NCBI GenBank assembly: GCA_049974845.1
Contig: JBNGCP010000010.1
Coordinates: forward strand, 13,792-77,791
From: Anaerolineae bacterium
GTDB taxonomy: Bacteria > Chloroflexota > Anaerolineae > B4-G1 > SLSP01
Length of the DNA stretch: 64,000 nucleotides
Reading direction: 5' to 3'
The position numbers were made by a program, and so were the translations under genes. Shown one piece after another: positions 27,791-37,387 of this stretch. Positions within the stretch are counted from its first letter, which is position 1, and each line of letters starts with the position of its first letter. The notes beneath the pieces were generated by a model, which was given only the letters and a program-made list of their open reading frames with translations, searched no databases and was not told the DNA's origin.

Positions 27791-29371
27791 ATGACTTTAT
27801 TTGACCGAGACTCCGGTTTTCAGTTCCTCCTCGAAGCGGCGGACGAGATCAACGCGCAGTTGACGGCGGACGGTGTCCTGCAGACCTTGGCCGAGCTCAT
27901 CCAGCGTCACTTTAAGCCCGAGGCCGTCTCCGTCGCTCACGTCGAACCCGGTGGTGCTGTCGTCTTTCGCGCGGCAGCCGGCGCGCGTGCCAGTGAGATG
28001 GTCGGGCTTCGCATGGGGCAAGGATTGGGGATTGTGGGCTGGGTGGCGACACACGGCGAGCGGCTCTGGATTCCGGATGTCGAAGAGGACGAACGGTTTT
28101 ACCAGGCGGTGGATCGGCGACTTGATTTTCAGACGAGGGCGATCCTCGCCATTCCGATGACGGTCCGGGGTGAGACGTTGGCGGTTCTCGAGCTCATCAA
28201 CCCCGCTCCTGGCACAGATATCGAGGTGCTTGATGAGATCGCGACGGCGTTAGCGCTTCTCGCCGCACCGGCTATCGAGAATGTGCGCCTCTTCGAACGG
28301 GCTTACCAGGCCGAAACGCGATACGAACGCCTCTTCGAACTCAATCCAGATCCCATTATCATCATCGGTACCACCGGGAGAATCCGTGAGGTGAATCGCG
28401 CTGCGTGCGCATCGCTGGGCGTCTGTCCGGAGAACCTAAGCACTTTGGGCCTTGGTCGGTTAGGATTGGATGCCGCTTCGTTCCCCGTCCGTTCCCGTGA
28501 GGCACGGGAGCATGGGGTTGCTATGTGGGAGTTCGAGCTCGCGGAGACGGGCAGGATCCTCGAGGCGCGCCTGGCCCATCTGCATGACTATCCTGCGGAA
28601 GAGGGCGCTTACCTGTGGATTGGGCACGATATCACCGATCGCGTCCATCTGGAACGGACACGGCAGGAGTTGGTGAACATGGTGGTGCACGACCTGCGTG
28701 TGCCCTTGGGTAACATCCTCAACAGCCTCGACCTCGTGCTGACGGCCTGGCGTGAGCAGGACATCACCCTGCCCATTGAACAGGTTCTGGAGATTGGGCT
28801 GCGGAGCGCCCATCGGATGGAAGAACTGATCAATGATATCCTGGATTCCGCGCGGCCGCAGGCCAGCGAGCAGACTCTTATGGTTGCCGAGATCGATGTG
28901 GGGGAGCTCGTCGAGGAGGCAGTTGAGGCCCTGATGCCCTCGGCACGCCGCCGTGGTCAGTCCCTAGACGTGTCCATCGAGCCGGAGTTGCCCCGTCTGG
29001 AGGGGGACCTCGACCTGCTACGGCGCGTGCTAACGAATCTAGTGGGCAACGCCGTCAAGTATACACAGGAGGGTGGGGAGATCCGGGTGAGCGTGACGGT
29101 GGACGAGGATCATTTCCGGTTCAGCGTCGCCGATAATGGTCCCGGTATCCCGCTTGCACAGCAAGCACACATCTTCGAGCTCTTTTTCCGTGGTAATGTC
29201 CCGCACACCAAGGGGGCGGGTATCGGTCTCGCATTCTGCAAACTCGCTGTCGAGGCTCACGGCGGGCGCATCTGGCTCGAAAGTGCGGTTGGTAAGGGAT
29301 CGACCTTCACGTTCACCATCCCCCGCACCTTGCCGAGCGACGCCCTCTGGTATCAGGAGGGATCGGTATGA
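27791..29371 (+). CDS. sensor histidine kinase (GAF-PAS-HisKA-HATPase_c), cytoplasmic
   Basis: 526 aa with a GAF-like N-terminus, H-box VHDLRVPLGNI, N-box LTNLVGNAVKYT, and G-boxes DNGPGIP and GAGIGLAFC. No TM segment and no adjacent response regulator. Confidence 0.85.
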   Translation: MTLFDRDSGFQFLLEAADEINAQLTADGVLQTLAELIQRHFKPEAVSVAHVEPGGAVVFRAAAGARASEMVGLRMGQGLGIVGWVATHGERLWIPDVEEDERFYQAVDRRLDFQTRAILAIPMTVRGETLAVLELINPAPGTDIEVLDEIATALALLAAPAIENVRLFERAYQAETRYERLFELNPDPIIIIGTTGRIREVNRAACASLGVCPENLSTLGLGRLGLDAASFPVRSREAREHGVAMWEFELAETGRILEARLAHLHDYPAEEGAYLWIGHDITDRVHLERTRQELVNMVVHDLRVPLGNILNSLDLVLTAWREQDITLPIEQVLEIGLRSAHRMEELINDILDSARPQASEQTLMVAEIDVGELVEEAVEALMPSARRRGQSLDVSIEPELPRLEGDLDLLRRVLTNLVGNAVKYTQEGGEIRVSVTVDEDHFRFSVADNGPGIPLAQQAHIFELFFRGNVPHTKGAGIGLAFCKLAVEAHGGRIWLESAVGKGSTFTFTIPRTLPSDALWYQEGSV

Positions 29372-30597
29372 CACTGAGACTCTACTATCACGATGCGACC
29401 CTACGCGAGTTCACGGCACGCGTCGTTGAGCGGAGCACGGTCTCACGAGATGACGGCACAGAGGCGCCGGCTGTCCGGCTGGATCAGACGGCTTTTTACC
29501 CGACGTCAGGCGGTCAGCCGCACGATATGGGGACGCTTGCTGGCATACCAGTCGTTGAGGTGCAAGAGGATGAAGCCGGCGAGATTTGGCATCTGCTGAC
29601 TGCTCCGCTCTCTTCAGAGCAGGAGGTCGTGCGGGGACAGATCGATTGGGAGCGGCGATTCGACCATATGCAGCAGCACACCGGTCAGCATCTCCTCTCG
29701 GCTGCCTTTCAAGATATGGTGTCCGCCGCGACCGTGGGTTTTCACCTCGGGAGCAACGCCAGCACCATCGATCTCGCTATCTCGGATCTTGACTGGGAGA
29801 TGGTCTTCGCCGTAGAGCAGGCGGTCAACGCGGTGATATGGCAGAATCGGCCGGTCGTCATCCGAATCGTCGACGAAAGCGAGATCGCCGATGTGCCGCT
29901 TCGCAAGCCGCCGGCTGTCTCGGGCAAGATTCGCGTCGTCTGGGTCGAGGGATTCGATGCCTCGGCCTGCGGCGGCACCCACGTGGGGGCCACCGGCGAA
30001 ATCGGGCTGGTGAAGGTCACGGGACTCGAACGATACAAGGGCGGCGTTCGGGTCAGCTTTCTCTGCGGCAAGCGTGCACTGGATGACTATCAGCGCGTTC
30101 TGAACCTTCTTCAGGTCTCCAGCGCGGCGCTGTCGGTGGGCACGGATGAACTACCCGAGGCAATCGCCCGGCTCGAGGAGGAAATCCGGACCCTTCGACA
30201 TGACCTGCGCCAAGTGCGTGCCGAGCTCTTGGACTACGAAACGGAGAGACTCTGGCAGCAAGCTCCCACGGTCGACGGCAAACACGTCATTGTCGCCTAT
30301 TGGGAGGACCACGCGTTCGCCGACGCCCGCTCCGTGGCGGCGCAACTTCGCGAGCGCCCGGCGACGGTGGTGTTGATGGCTGTCACCGAGGATGCGGGTG
30401 TCCGCGTTGTCTGCGCCGTGAGCGACGATCTTCCCGAGCCGGATGCCCGGACGCTCCTGCGAGATGCGCTTGCCGCGCTCGATGGTCGTGGGGGTGGCAC
30501 ACCCAAGCTTGCTCAAGGGGGCGCTGCAGGTCAAGCGGTTGACGACGTGTCGGCGGTGCTTTCGGACGCGTTGGCCCGCCATAACCTCTCAACTTGA
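29368..30597 (+). CDS. alaX: alanyl-tRNA editing protein AlaX-L type (tRNA_SAD + DHHA1)
   Basis: 409 aa with the HTGQHLLS and CGGTHV zinc motifs of the AlaRS editing domain and a C-terminal GGGTPKLAQGG (DHHA1-like). The ATGA start overlaps the kinase stop. Confidence 0.85.
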   Translation: MTLRLYYHDATLREFTARVVERSTVSRDDGTEAPAVRLDQTAFYPTSGGQPHDMGTLAGIPVVEVQEDEAGEIWHLLTAPLSSEQEVVRGQIDWERRFDHMQQHTGQHLLSAAFQDMVSAATVGFHLGSNASTIDLAISDLDWEMVFAVEQAVNAVIWQNRPVVIRIVDESEIADVPLRKPPAVSGKIRVVWVEGFDASACGGTHVGATGEIGLVKVTGLERYKGGVRVSFLCGKRALDDYQRVLNLLQVSSAALSVGTDELPEAIARLEEEIRTLRHDLRQVRAELLDYETERLWQQAPTVDGKHVIVAYWEDHAFADARSVAAQLRERPATVVLMAVTEDAGVRVVCAVSDDLPEPDARTLLRDALAALDGRGGGTPKLAQGGAAGQAVDDVSAVLSDALARHNLST

Positions 30598-30780
30598 GTG
30601 CTTACACAATCACCGAAGAACTTTGTGGGAACGCTGAGGGGCCTCGGCGCCGGGATGGCCCTCTCGAGGCAAAAGAGCCTGAGCTTTTCACATAGGTCTG
30701 ACGGCGCACTTACCCATTGCTGGCCTGAAGAGCTTGCCAGCGAGCGCGGATGACCTAAGATAGAAGATATGGAGGTGCCC

Positions 30781-31653
30781 ATGAAAGAAGTCGCGACCGA
30801 CCTTTTCGTCGAGTCCTCCTATCCGCCCTACAATTTGGTCTTGATCAAGACCGCTAAGGGAGGCATCGTCGTTGATCTGCCTCCCAACCCTGTGCATGCG
30901 ATGAATTGGCTTGAGGAGGCGCGGGCCAAGGCGGGGAAGCTTCGTTATGTCGTTCTCACCGATGCGCAGCGCGAGCGCCAATTGGCCACGGCGGTCTGCG
31001 ACGTGCCCATCATCGCCGCGGAACGCACGCTTCGGATCATGGAGGCCTACGACGAGGAACGACCTTGTCGCGATTTCATAGAGGATCTTGCCGCCCGCTA
31101 TCCCGAGGAAAGCGAAGCCTTCGACGATTGGAGACCGCGGAAACCCTCAATAGCCTTCAACGAGCGCTTCACCCTTTACTTAGAGGAGTGTACGCTCTAT
31201 TTTGAGAGAGTGGAGGGCGCAGGCGAGGGCAGCATCTGGATCCTGATCTCGCCCCAAGAGATCCTCATCGCCGGGGACACGGTGGCAGCCGGTGCGGTTC
31301 CGGCGATGGCGGAGACACCGGACTCAAAGGCCTGGCTCAACACAATGACCGCGCTGGCCCGTCGGTCGGACGTGAAGTCCATTGTGCCGGGGCGCGGGGA
31401 GAGCTTTATCTCGCTCGGGGACATTGAGCCCCAAAGGGAGTTTATGCGCGTGATGCGGCGAGCCGCCCGCACGCTGGCCCGTAAGGGGACCAATGATCTC
31501 AGCCGCGCTCAGACGGCTCAGGAGCTGGCCCAGACCTTCTTCAACCGGCACGGACAGAAGGCCGTGAAAGAGATCAAGGCGGGGCTCGAACGCCTTGTCG
31601 TCGAGGTCGAGGCGGCGAAAGGCACCGACGAGGAAGCGGAAGAGGAGGATTGA
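30781..31653 (+). CDS. MBL-fold-like protein lacking the metal-binding histidines; acidic C-terminal tail
   Basis: The ATG at 30781 follows a GGAGGTG SD. The layout resembles a metallo-beta-lactamase fold (IVVDLPP, YVVLTDAQRERQ in place of THxHxDH, IAGDT, PGRGES in place of PGHG). The tail is GTDEEAEEED. Confidence 0.55.
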   Translation: MKEVATDLFVESSYPPYNLVLIKTAKGGIVVDLPPNPVHAMNWLEEARAKAGKLRYVVLTDAQRERQLATAVCDVPIIAAERTLRIMEAYDEERPCRDFIEDLAARYPEESEAFDDWRPRKPSIAFNERFTLYLEECTLYFERVEGAGEGSIWILISPQEILIAGDTVAAGAVPAMAETPDSKAWLNTMTALARRSDVKSIVPGRGESFISLGDIEPQREFMRVMRRAARTLARKGTNDLSRAQTAQELAQTFFNRHGQKAVKEIKAGLERLVVEVEAAKGTDEEAEEED

Positions 31654-31663
31654 CCCGCCGCTT

Positions 31664-32137
31664 CTAGCCTTCCAGGTAGGCGAGCAAGTGCTCCAGCGCC
31701 ATCTGCGCGGCACGGTGGTTGTTCTCGTGCCGGTCACCGGTGAAATGGTGCCGCCAACTCCAGGCCTCGCCGGGCACGGCCAGGCCGATGTAGTAGAGAC
31801 CCAGCGGCTTCTGCGCCGTCGCACCGGTGGGGCCGGCAATCCCTGTGACGCTCAGCCCGACTTCCGTGCCCATTGACAGACGTGCGCCCTTCGCCATCTC
31901 CGAGGCCACCTCAGCACTGACGGCGCCCCATCTTGACAAACTCTCTTCGCTCACGCCTAGGAGCTTCATTTTGACGTCATTGGCATAGGCGATGACGCCG
32001 CCCCAGAAGTAGGCTGAGCTACCGGCTACGGCTGTGATCTGGTGGCCCAGCAAGCCCCCGGTAGCCGACTCCGCGATGGCGAGATGCCATTGTCTCTGTG
32101 TTAGCTGCTTCGCCAAGCGTTCAACCAGCATATGCAA
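31664..32137 (-). CDS. CinA-family nicotinamide-nucleotide amidohydrolase domain protein (PncC-like)
   Basis: 157 aa with AIAESATGGLLGHQIT and GLSVTGIAGPTG, typical of the CinA C-terminal domain. Confidence 0.85.
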   Translation of the reverse strand: MHMLVERLAKQLTQRQWHLAIAESATGGLLGHQITAVAGSSAYFWGGVIAYANDVKMKLLGVSEESLSRWGAVSAEVASEMAKGARLSMGTEVGLSVTGIAGPTGATAQKPLGLYYIGLAVPGEAWSWRHHFTGDRHENNHRAAQMALEHLLAYLEG

Positions 32138-32191
32138 ATCTCTCCAAGTGTGTTGTTGATCAAAGGTCCAGGATCGAAGTGATCGGCAGGG

Positions 32192-33172
32192 CTAGACCGC
32201 GAGTTGATTGCGCACCATCGCCAAGAGCGACTGCGCCCGCAAGGATGCAAGGTTGTAGCACACGCCTTCGAGGTGATCCGCGAGGGACTGGGCCAGGCCC
32301 TTGTCGTAGTCCGCGCTTTCCATGTTGATCACGATAGCCTTAATGCCCTCCTCTCGAATCTGCTCGGCGACGTGGTAGGCCTCGACCTGCGGGGGCATAT
32401 CGCCCATTGAGACATTGCCGGCGCCATCGGTCAGGATCACCATGAGCGGCACAAGCTCGGGGTATCGGCGCACCTCCTTCTGGATCGTCTCGTAGGCAAG
32501 CCAGAGCCCGGCCGCCAGGGGCGTCTTCCCACCGATGGGGAGGTTGGCAAGCATTCTCTTCGCCAGCTCCACGCTATTCGTCGGCGGGAGCACGAGGGTG
32601 GCACGATCCTTCTGAAAGACGATCATACTGACCCGGTCGCGTCGTTGATACGCATCGGTGAGCAGGGAAAGAACAGCTCCTTTCGTGGCCTCCATTCGCT
32701 CCGAGACCGCCATCGACCAGGACGCATCCACGACGAAGACCACCAGGTTTGCGGCCCGCCGCACACGGATTTTCTTCTGATAGTCTTGGGGGCGCAGCAG
32801 CAAAGCGGGCTCCTCGTCGTCACCGCTGTCCCGCTCACGCTGGAACGGCGCTGCTGCCCGCAGCGTCGCGTCAAAGGCCAGGTCTGACACATCGCGCGGA
32901 GATGATTCGAATCCTGCATAGCGACCCCGCTTGCGCGTCGTACGGGTTCGGCTGCGCCGCCCGGCGGTAGAGCGGACGGTGCGATCCGGCGGCGTCTCCA
33001 GCCGTCGGGGCTCGAAGATCTCACCGGGCTGTATGAACTTCCCGCCCTCCCACCATTTGCCATCGGTGGGCCAGTTCGGGGTCTCTTGTTCGAAGGCTTG
33101 CGGTTGAGACGATTCGGAGGGCTCTGCGCCTTCCTCACCCGCCTCAACCTCTACACTTTTTTTTCGCGGTCC
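32192..33172 (-). CDS. ChlD/BchD-type linker + VWA (MIDAS) domain reading frame; it has no canonical start until the GTG at 32890 and is probably reached by a -1 frameshift from the upstream ChlI-like gene
   Basis: The frame is open for 326 codons from just after the TGA at 33173..33175. The upstream 94 codons (acidic/Pro linker, then [17 protein letters not shown]...[15 protein letters not shown]) resemble the conserved ChlD segment and lie before the first possible start. MIDAS motif VVDASWSM. Confidence 0.7.
   Translation of the reverse strand, partial: GPRKKSVEVEAGEEGAEPSESSQPQAFEQETPNWPTDGKWWEGGKFIQPGEIFEPRRLETPPDRTVRSTAGRRSRTRTTRKRGRYAGFESSPRDVSDLAFDATLRAAAPFQRERDSGDDEEPALLLRPQDYQKKIRVRRAANLVVFVVDASWSMAVSERMEATKGAVLSLLTDAYQRRDRVSMIVFQKDRATLVLPPTNSVELAKRMLANLPIGGKTPLAAGLWLAYETIQKEVRRYPELVPLMVILTDGAGNVSMGDMPPQVEAYHVAEQIREEGIKAIVINMESADYDKGLAQSLADHLEGVCYNLASLRAQSLLAMVRNQLAV
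33102..33164 (-). promoter_or_regulatory. candidate recoding signal: A_AAA_AAA slippery run plus downstream stem-loop
   Basis: An A8 run on the minus strand (33164..33157) is phased as GAA AAA AAA in the ChlI frame. After a 7-nt spacer, GGTTGAG (33149..33143) pairs with CTCAACC (33108..33102), with additional inner GGAAGG/CCCTCC pairing. The 0-frame TAG stop is at 33153..33151. Confidence 0.55.
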
Positions 33173-34272
33173 TCACCCGAGATCTGACTCTCATATTCGG
33201 TCTGGGTTTCCTCGGGCAGGGTATCTTTAGCCTGCTCCCTGGCTGTCGCCACGATCTGATCGAGCTGCTCGATCGACGTCTGCACCTCGTCGAAGGGGCG
33301 GCGCTTGAGCCGATGCGGCAGGGCCAATTCTGCAGCGACGAGTATGTCACGATCGACAAGGTGGCGGCGGCCCTCCCAGGCCGCATGGGCGACGGCCGTC
33401 TTGAGGATCACCAGATCTGCACGGTGGCCGTCCACGCCCAGTCCTGCCATCATCTCGGCGATAGTGAACATATCGGCCCGGGTGTACCGTACCTCGGGCA
33501 AGAGGCATCGTGCTTCTTCGATCCGCTCGGCGAGCCGCCTCTCCTGGGGGGCCATCTCTTCGAAGAATGACTCACCATCCTGCTCGAAGGCCAAGTTGCG
33601 CTCCATGATCGCCATCCGGGCCTGTGTGTTCTGAACGCCGGCCACATCCACACAGAGCGCGAAGCGATCCAGTAGCTGGGGGCGGAGGTCACCTTCCTCC
33701 GGATTCATGGTCCCGACGAGGATGAACCGTGCGGGGTGTTGAAATGAGATGCCTTCACGTTCGACCGTATTGACTCCCATCGCAGCGGCATCCAACAGCA
33801 CATCCACGATGTGGTCGTCGAGCAGGTTGACCTCATCGACATACAGGATGCCGCGGTTTGCGGCGGCCAGCACGCCTGGCTCAAACCGGCGCTCGCCCTT
33901 CTGAATTGCTCGCTCGATGTCCAGCGTCCCGACGACGCGATCCTCCGTTGCACCAACGGGCAGCTCGACGAAGGGCACCTTCCGTGATGCGGAAGGCAGC
34001 GTCTCTCCGCGCTCCACCCGGCTCCGGCAGTTCGTACACCAGGTCGCAGGCTGGTCGGGGTCGCAGTTGAAGGCCCCGTCGGCGACCACCTTGATCTCCG
34101 GCAGCAACGCCGCGAGCCCCCGAGCGGCGGTGGACTTAGCCGTGCCGCGCTCACCACGGATCAACACACCGCCGATACGGAAGTTAATGGCATTGAGGAT
34201 GAGCGCACGCTTCATCCTCTCCTGATTTACGATGGCGGTAAAGGGAAAAACCAAACGCCCGTTCTCAGCCAC
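33151..34272 (-). CDS. ChlI/BchI-family AAA+ ATPase (chelatase small-subunit-like), 0-frame product
   Basis: Contains [21 protein letters not shown], Walker [10 protein letters not shown], Walker [14 protein letters not shown], and [23 protein letters not shown] prefer the GTG at 34272 because it is preceded by AAGGAGG plus 4 nt; the track start at 34302 is also a GTG. Confidence 0.85.
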   Translation of the reverse strand: MAENGRLVFPFTAIVNQERMKRALILNAINFRIGGVLIRGERGTAKSTAARGLAALLPEIKVVADGAFNCDPDQPATWCTNCRSRVERGETLPSASRKVPFVELPVGATEDRVVGTLDIERAIQKGERRFEPGVLAAANRGILYVDEVNLLDDHIVDVLLDAAAMGVNTVEREGISFQHPARFILVGTMNPEEGDLRPQLLDRFALCVDVAGVQNTQARMAIMERNLAFEQDGESFFEEMAPQERRLAERIEEARCLLPEVRYTRADMFTIAEMMAGLGVDGHRADLVILKTAVAHAAWEGRRHLVDRDILVAAELALPHRLKRRPFDEVQTSIEQLDQIVATAREQAKDTLPEETQTEYESQISGEDREKKV

Positions 34273-34567
34273 ACTGCCTCCTTGCCGATCCTCAGACCCC
34301 ACCCTATTCGAAGCCGCAGCCGGCCCCAGTCATGAAGAGGGCCGTCGCACTCGAGGGATCCAGCTACCTTTGGTCTCGGCGCCCTGGGACGGACACGACC
34401 CGCATCACGCGCCGGGCGCCGCAGTAGATGAGTTCCTGGCCTTATTATACCGTAAATCAACGCGCAGGAAGGGATGGCCCCTATCAGGCATTTGCCGCCT
34501 CTTTCGGCTCAGAGTACACTAGCCCGCAGCAAGGCTTAATAGCCTCAATCTTCGCGGAGATTCCTTT

Positions 34568-36244
34568 ATGCGTGATGAGAGATACTCAGTTGGCATAGAC
34601 TATGGCACTGAGTCGGGTCGGGCTGTTCTGGTGGACGTCACGGATGGGCATATCGTGGCCACGGCCGTGCACCCATACGCTAACGGTGTGATCGACGAAG
34701 TGCTCCCAGGCACCGATGTCTACCTCGAACCGGATTGGGCGCTTCAGGATCCGAACGACTATCTGGAGGTACTGAAGCGGACAGTCCCGGCCGTGCTCGA
34801 AGAGAGCGGGGTGGAACCAGAGAGGGTGATTGGCATCGGTATCGACTTCACCGCCTGCACCGTCGTGGCGACGAAGGCGGATGGCACACCGCTGTGTTTC
34901 CTCCCCAAATGGCGCGAGCATCCTCATGCCTGGGTCAAGCTATGGAAACACCATGCCGCCCAGCCAGAGGCGAACAAGCTAAATGAGATCGCACGGGAGA
35001 TGGCCCAGACGTGGCTCGATCGGTATGGTGGCAAGATCAGCTCCGAATGGTTCTTCCCCAAGGTGTGGCAGACGCTGAATGAGGCGCCAGAGATCTACCA
35101 GGCCGCGGACCGCTTTATCGAGGGCGCGGACTGGATCGTCTGGCAGCTGACGGGCAACGAGACGCGCAATAACTGCGCGGCGGGCTACAAGGCGCTCTGG
35201 TCTAGGGCGGAGGGCTTTCCCCCGAAGGCGTTCTTCAGAGCGCTCGATCCCCGGCTGGAGAACGTCGTGGATGAGAAGGTGTCGCGCGATATCCGATTCC
35301 TCGGTGAGCGGGCCGGCGGTCTCACCGGGGCCGCTGCACGATGGACAGGCCTGAAAGAAGGGACGGCGGTCGCGGTGGGCAATGTAGATGCGCACGTGTC
35401 GGTGCCGGCGGGCACCGTCACAGAACCCGGGCGCATGGTGATTATCATGGGCACATCGAACTGCCACATGGTCCTCAGCAAGGAGGCGTCTCGGGTCCCA
35501 GGCATCTGCGGATACGTCGATGGCGGCATTATCCCCGGTTACTTTGGCTACGAGGCGGGCCAATCATGCGTGGGCGATCATTTCGCGTGGTTTGTTGAGA
35601 ACTGCGCACCAGCCGACTATCAAGAGGAGGCTGAGGCGGAGGACCTGACGATTCACGAGTTGCTGGAGGCGAAAGCGGCGCGCCAACGGCCCGGCGAGCA
35701 CGGCCTGGTGGCGCTCGACTGGTGGAACGGCAACCGTAGCGTGCTCGTGGATGTGGACCTCACCGGCCTTCTCGTTGGAGCGACGCTGGCGACCAAGCCG
35801 GAGGACATCTACCGAGCGCTCATCGAAGCGACCGCTTACGGCACGCGGATGATCATTGAGACGTTCGAGGAGCATGGTGTCGCGGTCGACGAGATTGTCG
35901 CCACAGGGGGGCTGCCCGATCGCAATAGACTGCTTATGCAGATCTACTCAGATGTCACCGGGCGTGAGATCAAGATCGCTGCGGCGCCTCAAACCTCCGC
36001 CCTGGGCTCGGCAATGTTTGGCGCCGTGGCGGCGGGAAAGGAGGCCGGCGGATATGACACGATCGAGGAGGCGAGCGCCGCGATGTCGGGCTTGCGTGAC
36101 GAACGCTATGTGCCGATTCCCGAGCACACTGCGGTGTATGACAAGCTTTATGATGAGTACGTCCTCCTTCACGACTACTTCGGCCGCGGCGCGAACGACG
36201 TAATGAAGCGGCTCAAACGCCTCCGAGCTGAGCAGTTGGATTGA
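34568..36244 (+). CDS. araB: L-ribulokinase (FGGY family)
   Basis: 558 aa. [16 protein letters not shown], the length, and conserved blocks ([29 protein letters not shown]) match AraB. Confidence 0.85.
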   Translation: MRDERYSVGIDYGTESGRAVLVDVTDGHIVATAVHPYANGVIDEVLPGTDVYLEPDWALQDPNDYLEVLKRTVPAVLEESGVEPERVIGIGIDFTACTVVATKADGTPLCFLPKWREHPHAWVKLWKHHAAQPEANKLNEIAREMAQTWLDRYGGKISSEWFFPKVWQTLNEAPEIYQAADRFIEGADWIVWQLTGNETRNNCAAGYKALWSRAEGFPPKAFFRALDPRLENVVDEKVSRDIRFLGERAGGLTGAAARWTGLKEGTAVAVGNVDAHVSVPAGTVTEPGRMVIIMGTSNCHMVLSKEASRVPGICGYVDGGIIPGYFGYEAGQSCVGDHFAWFVENCAPADYQEEAEAEDLTIHELLEAKAARQRPGEHGLVALDWWNGNRSVLVDVDLTGLLVGATLATKPEDIYRALIEATAYGTRMIIETFEEHGVAVDEIVATGGLPDRNRLLMQIYSDVTGREIKIAAAPQTSALGSAMFGAVAAGKEAGGYDTIEEASAAMSGLRDERYVPIPEHTAVYDKLYDEYVLLHDYFGRGANDVMKRLKRLRAEQLD

Positions 36245-36297
36245 AGGGTGTTGACGCCGAGACGGCGGTTAAGGCCACGGTGGTGATCGAGGATGTC

Positions 36298-37275
36298 ATG
36301 TCTAGCGTGGTATCTTGGCAGGGAGGCAGCGTGAAGCAGAGAGCTAGGGTGGCGGTGGTCGGCAGTGCGAATATCGATCTGGTGGTACGGACGCCGCGCA
36401 TGCCCGCAAAGGGCGAGACGATTCTCGGTGGCCCCTTCTTCTCCGGTCAAGGCGGCAAGGGCGCTAACCAGGCCGTAAGTGCGGCGCGGCTGGGCGCTGC
36501 CGTCGAGATGGTTGCCCGGCTGGGCCGGGATGAGTTCGGGGAGATGGTAGCTGCCAACCTGGCAGGAGAGGGCATCGGTCTGGACTCGGTCCTCCGCTCG
36601 GCCGACGTGCACACCGGTGTGGCCTTCATTATCGTCGATGCTGAAGGCGAGAACATGATCGTGGTCGCCTCCGGGGCCAACGCCGAGCTGAGCCCCGACG
36701 ACGTCGCTGCCGCGCGTGAGGCCGTGCTGGACGCTCAGCTTGTGGTTCTCCAGCTCGAGTCGCCTATGGAGACGGTCCGGTATACGGCGGGCCTCGCTCA
36801 CAACGCAGGGGTGAAGGTGTTGCTCAATCCGGCGCCGGGCCGCGCGCTCGATGAGGCGCTGCTGCGAGATATCGACGTGCTGACGCCCAATCAGACGGAG
36901 GCACGCCTCATCACCGGCGTCGACGCGGCGACGCCCGAACAGGCGGAGCGCGCGGCCCGCCGGCTCTTGCAGAAGGGGGTCGGTACCGTGATCGTGACTC
37001 TGGGCGCCGACGGCGCTCTGGCGGTCTCGAAAGCGGCCTCGGGGGAGGCCTGGGCACACCACGTCCCCGGCTATCAGGTCGACGTCGTCGATACGACCGG
37101 TGCGGGCGACGCCTTCAACGGCGCGCTCGCCGTGGCATTAGCCGAGGATCAACCGCTGCTCGAGGCCGTGCGCTTCGCCAACGCTGCCGCAGCGTTGCAG
37201 GTCACCCGGCAGGGCGCCGCCCCTGCCATGCCGACCCGGGAAGAGGTCGAAACTTTTTTGGCCGCTCAGGACTAA
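36298..37275 (+). CDS. rbsK: ribokinase (PfkB family)
   Basis: Contains VAVVGSANIDLVV, GGKGANQAV and VDTTGAGDAFNGALA. I chose the start at the internal ATG 36298; the track start at 36241 overlaps the araB stop and cannot be excluded. Confidence 0.8.
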   Translation: MSSVVSWQGGSVKQRARVAVVGSANIDLVVRTPRMPAKGETILGGPFFSGQGGKGANQAVSAARLGAAVEMVARLGRDEFGEMVAANLAGEGIGLDSVLRSADVHTGVAFIIVDAEGENMIVVASGANAELSPDDVAAAREAVLDAQLVVLQLESPMETVRYTAGLAHNAGVKVLLNPAPGRALDEALLRDIDVLTPNQTEARLITGVDAATPEQAERAARRLLQKGVGTVIVTLGADGALAVSKAASGEAWAHHVPGYQVDVVDTTGAGDAFNGALAVALAEDQPLLEAVRFANAAAALQVTRQGAAPAMPTREEVETFLAAQD

Positions 37276-37387
37276 ACAGGGCGTCAGGGGATTCCGCTCA
37301 CCACGGGGCGAAGCGGAAGGTGCGTCCTGACCCCGAAACCCGTCACGTACTGGGCACAACGAATCGCATCATAAGATAGGGGGCTCT

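Noticed and set aside
32623-33147. 174-aa minus-strand ORF covering the gap between the ChlI-like stop and the VWA GTG.
   Set aside because: It is in the third frame and is extremely Arg/Pro/Ser-rich. The other frame, continuous with the VWA domain, carries the ChlD-like conserved segment and explains the region better.
34303-34440. Possible cobalamin riboswitch in the leader of the ChlI-like (chelatase-type) gene.
   Set aside because: I read the minus-strand leader downstream of a TATAAT at 34449..34444. It has a GGCGCCC/GGGCGCC stem, but I could not find the B12-box or the conserved GGGAA...GCCACTG core. This needs cmscan to be definitive.
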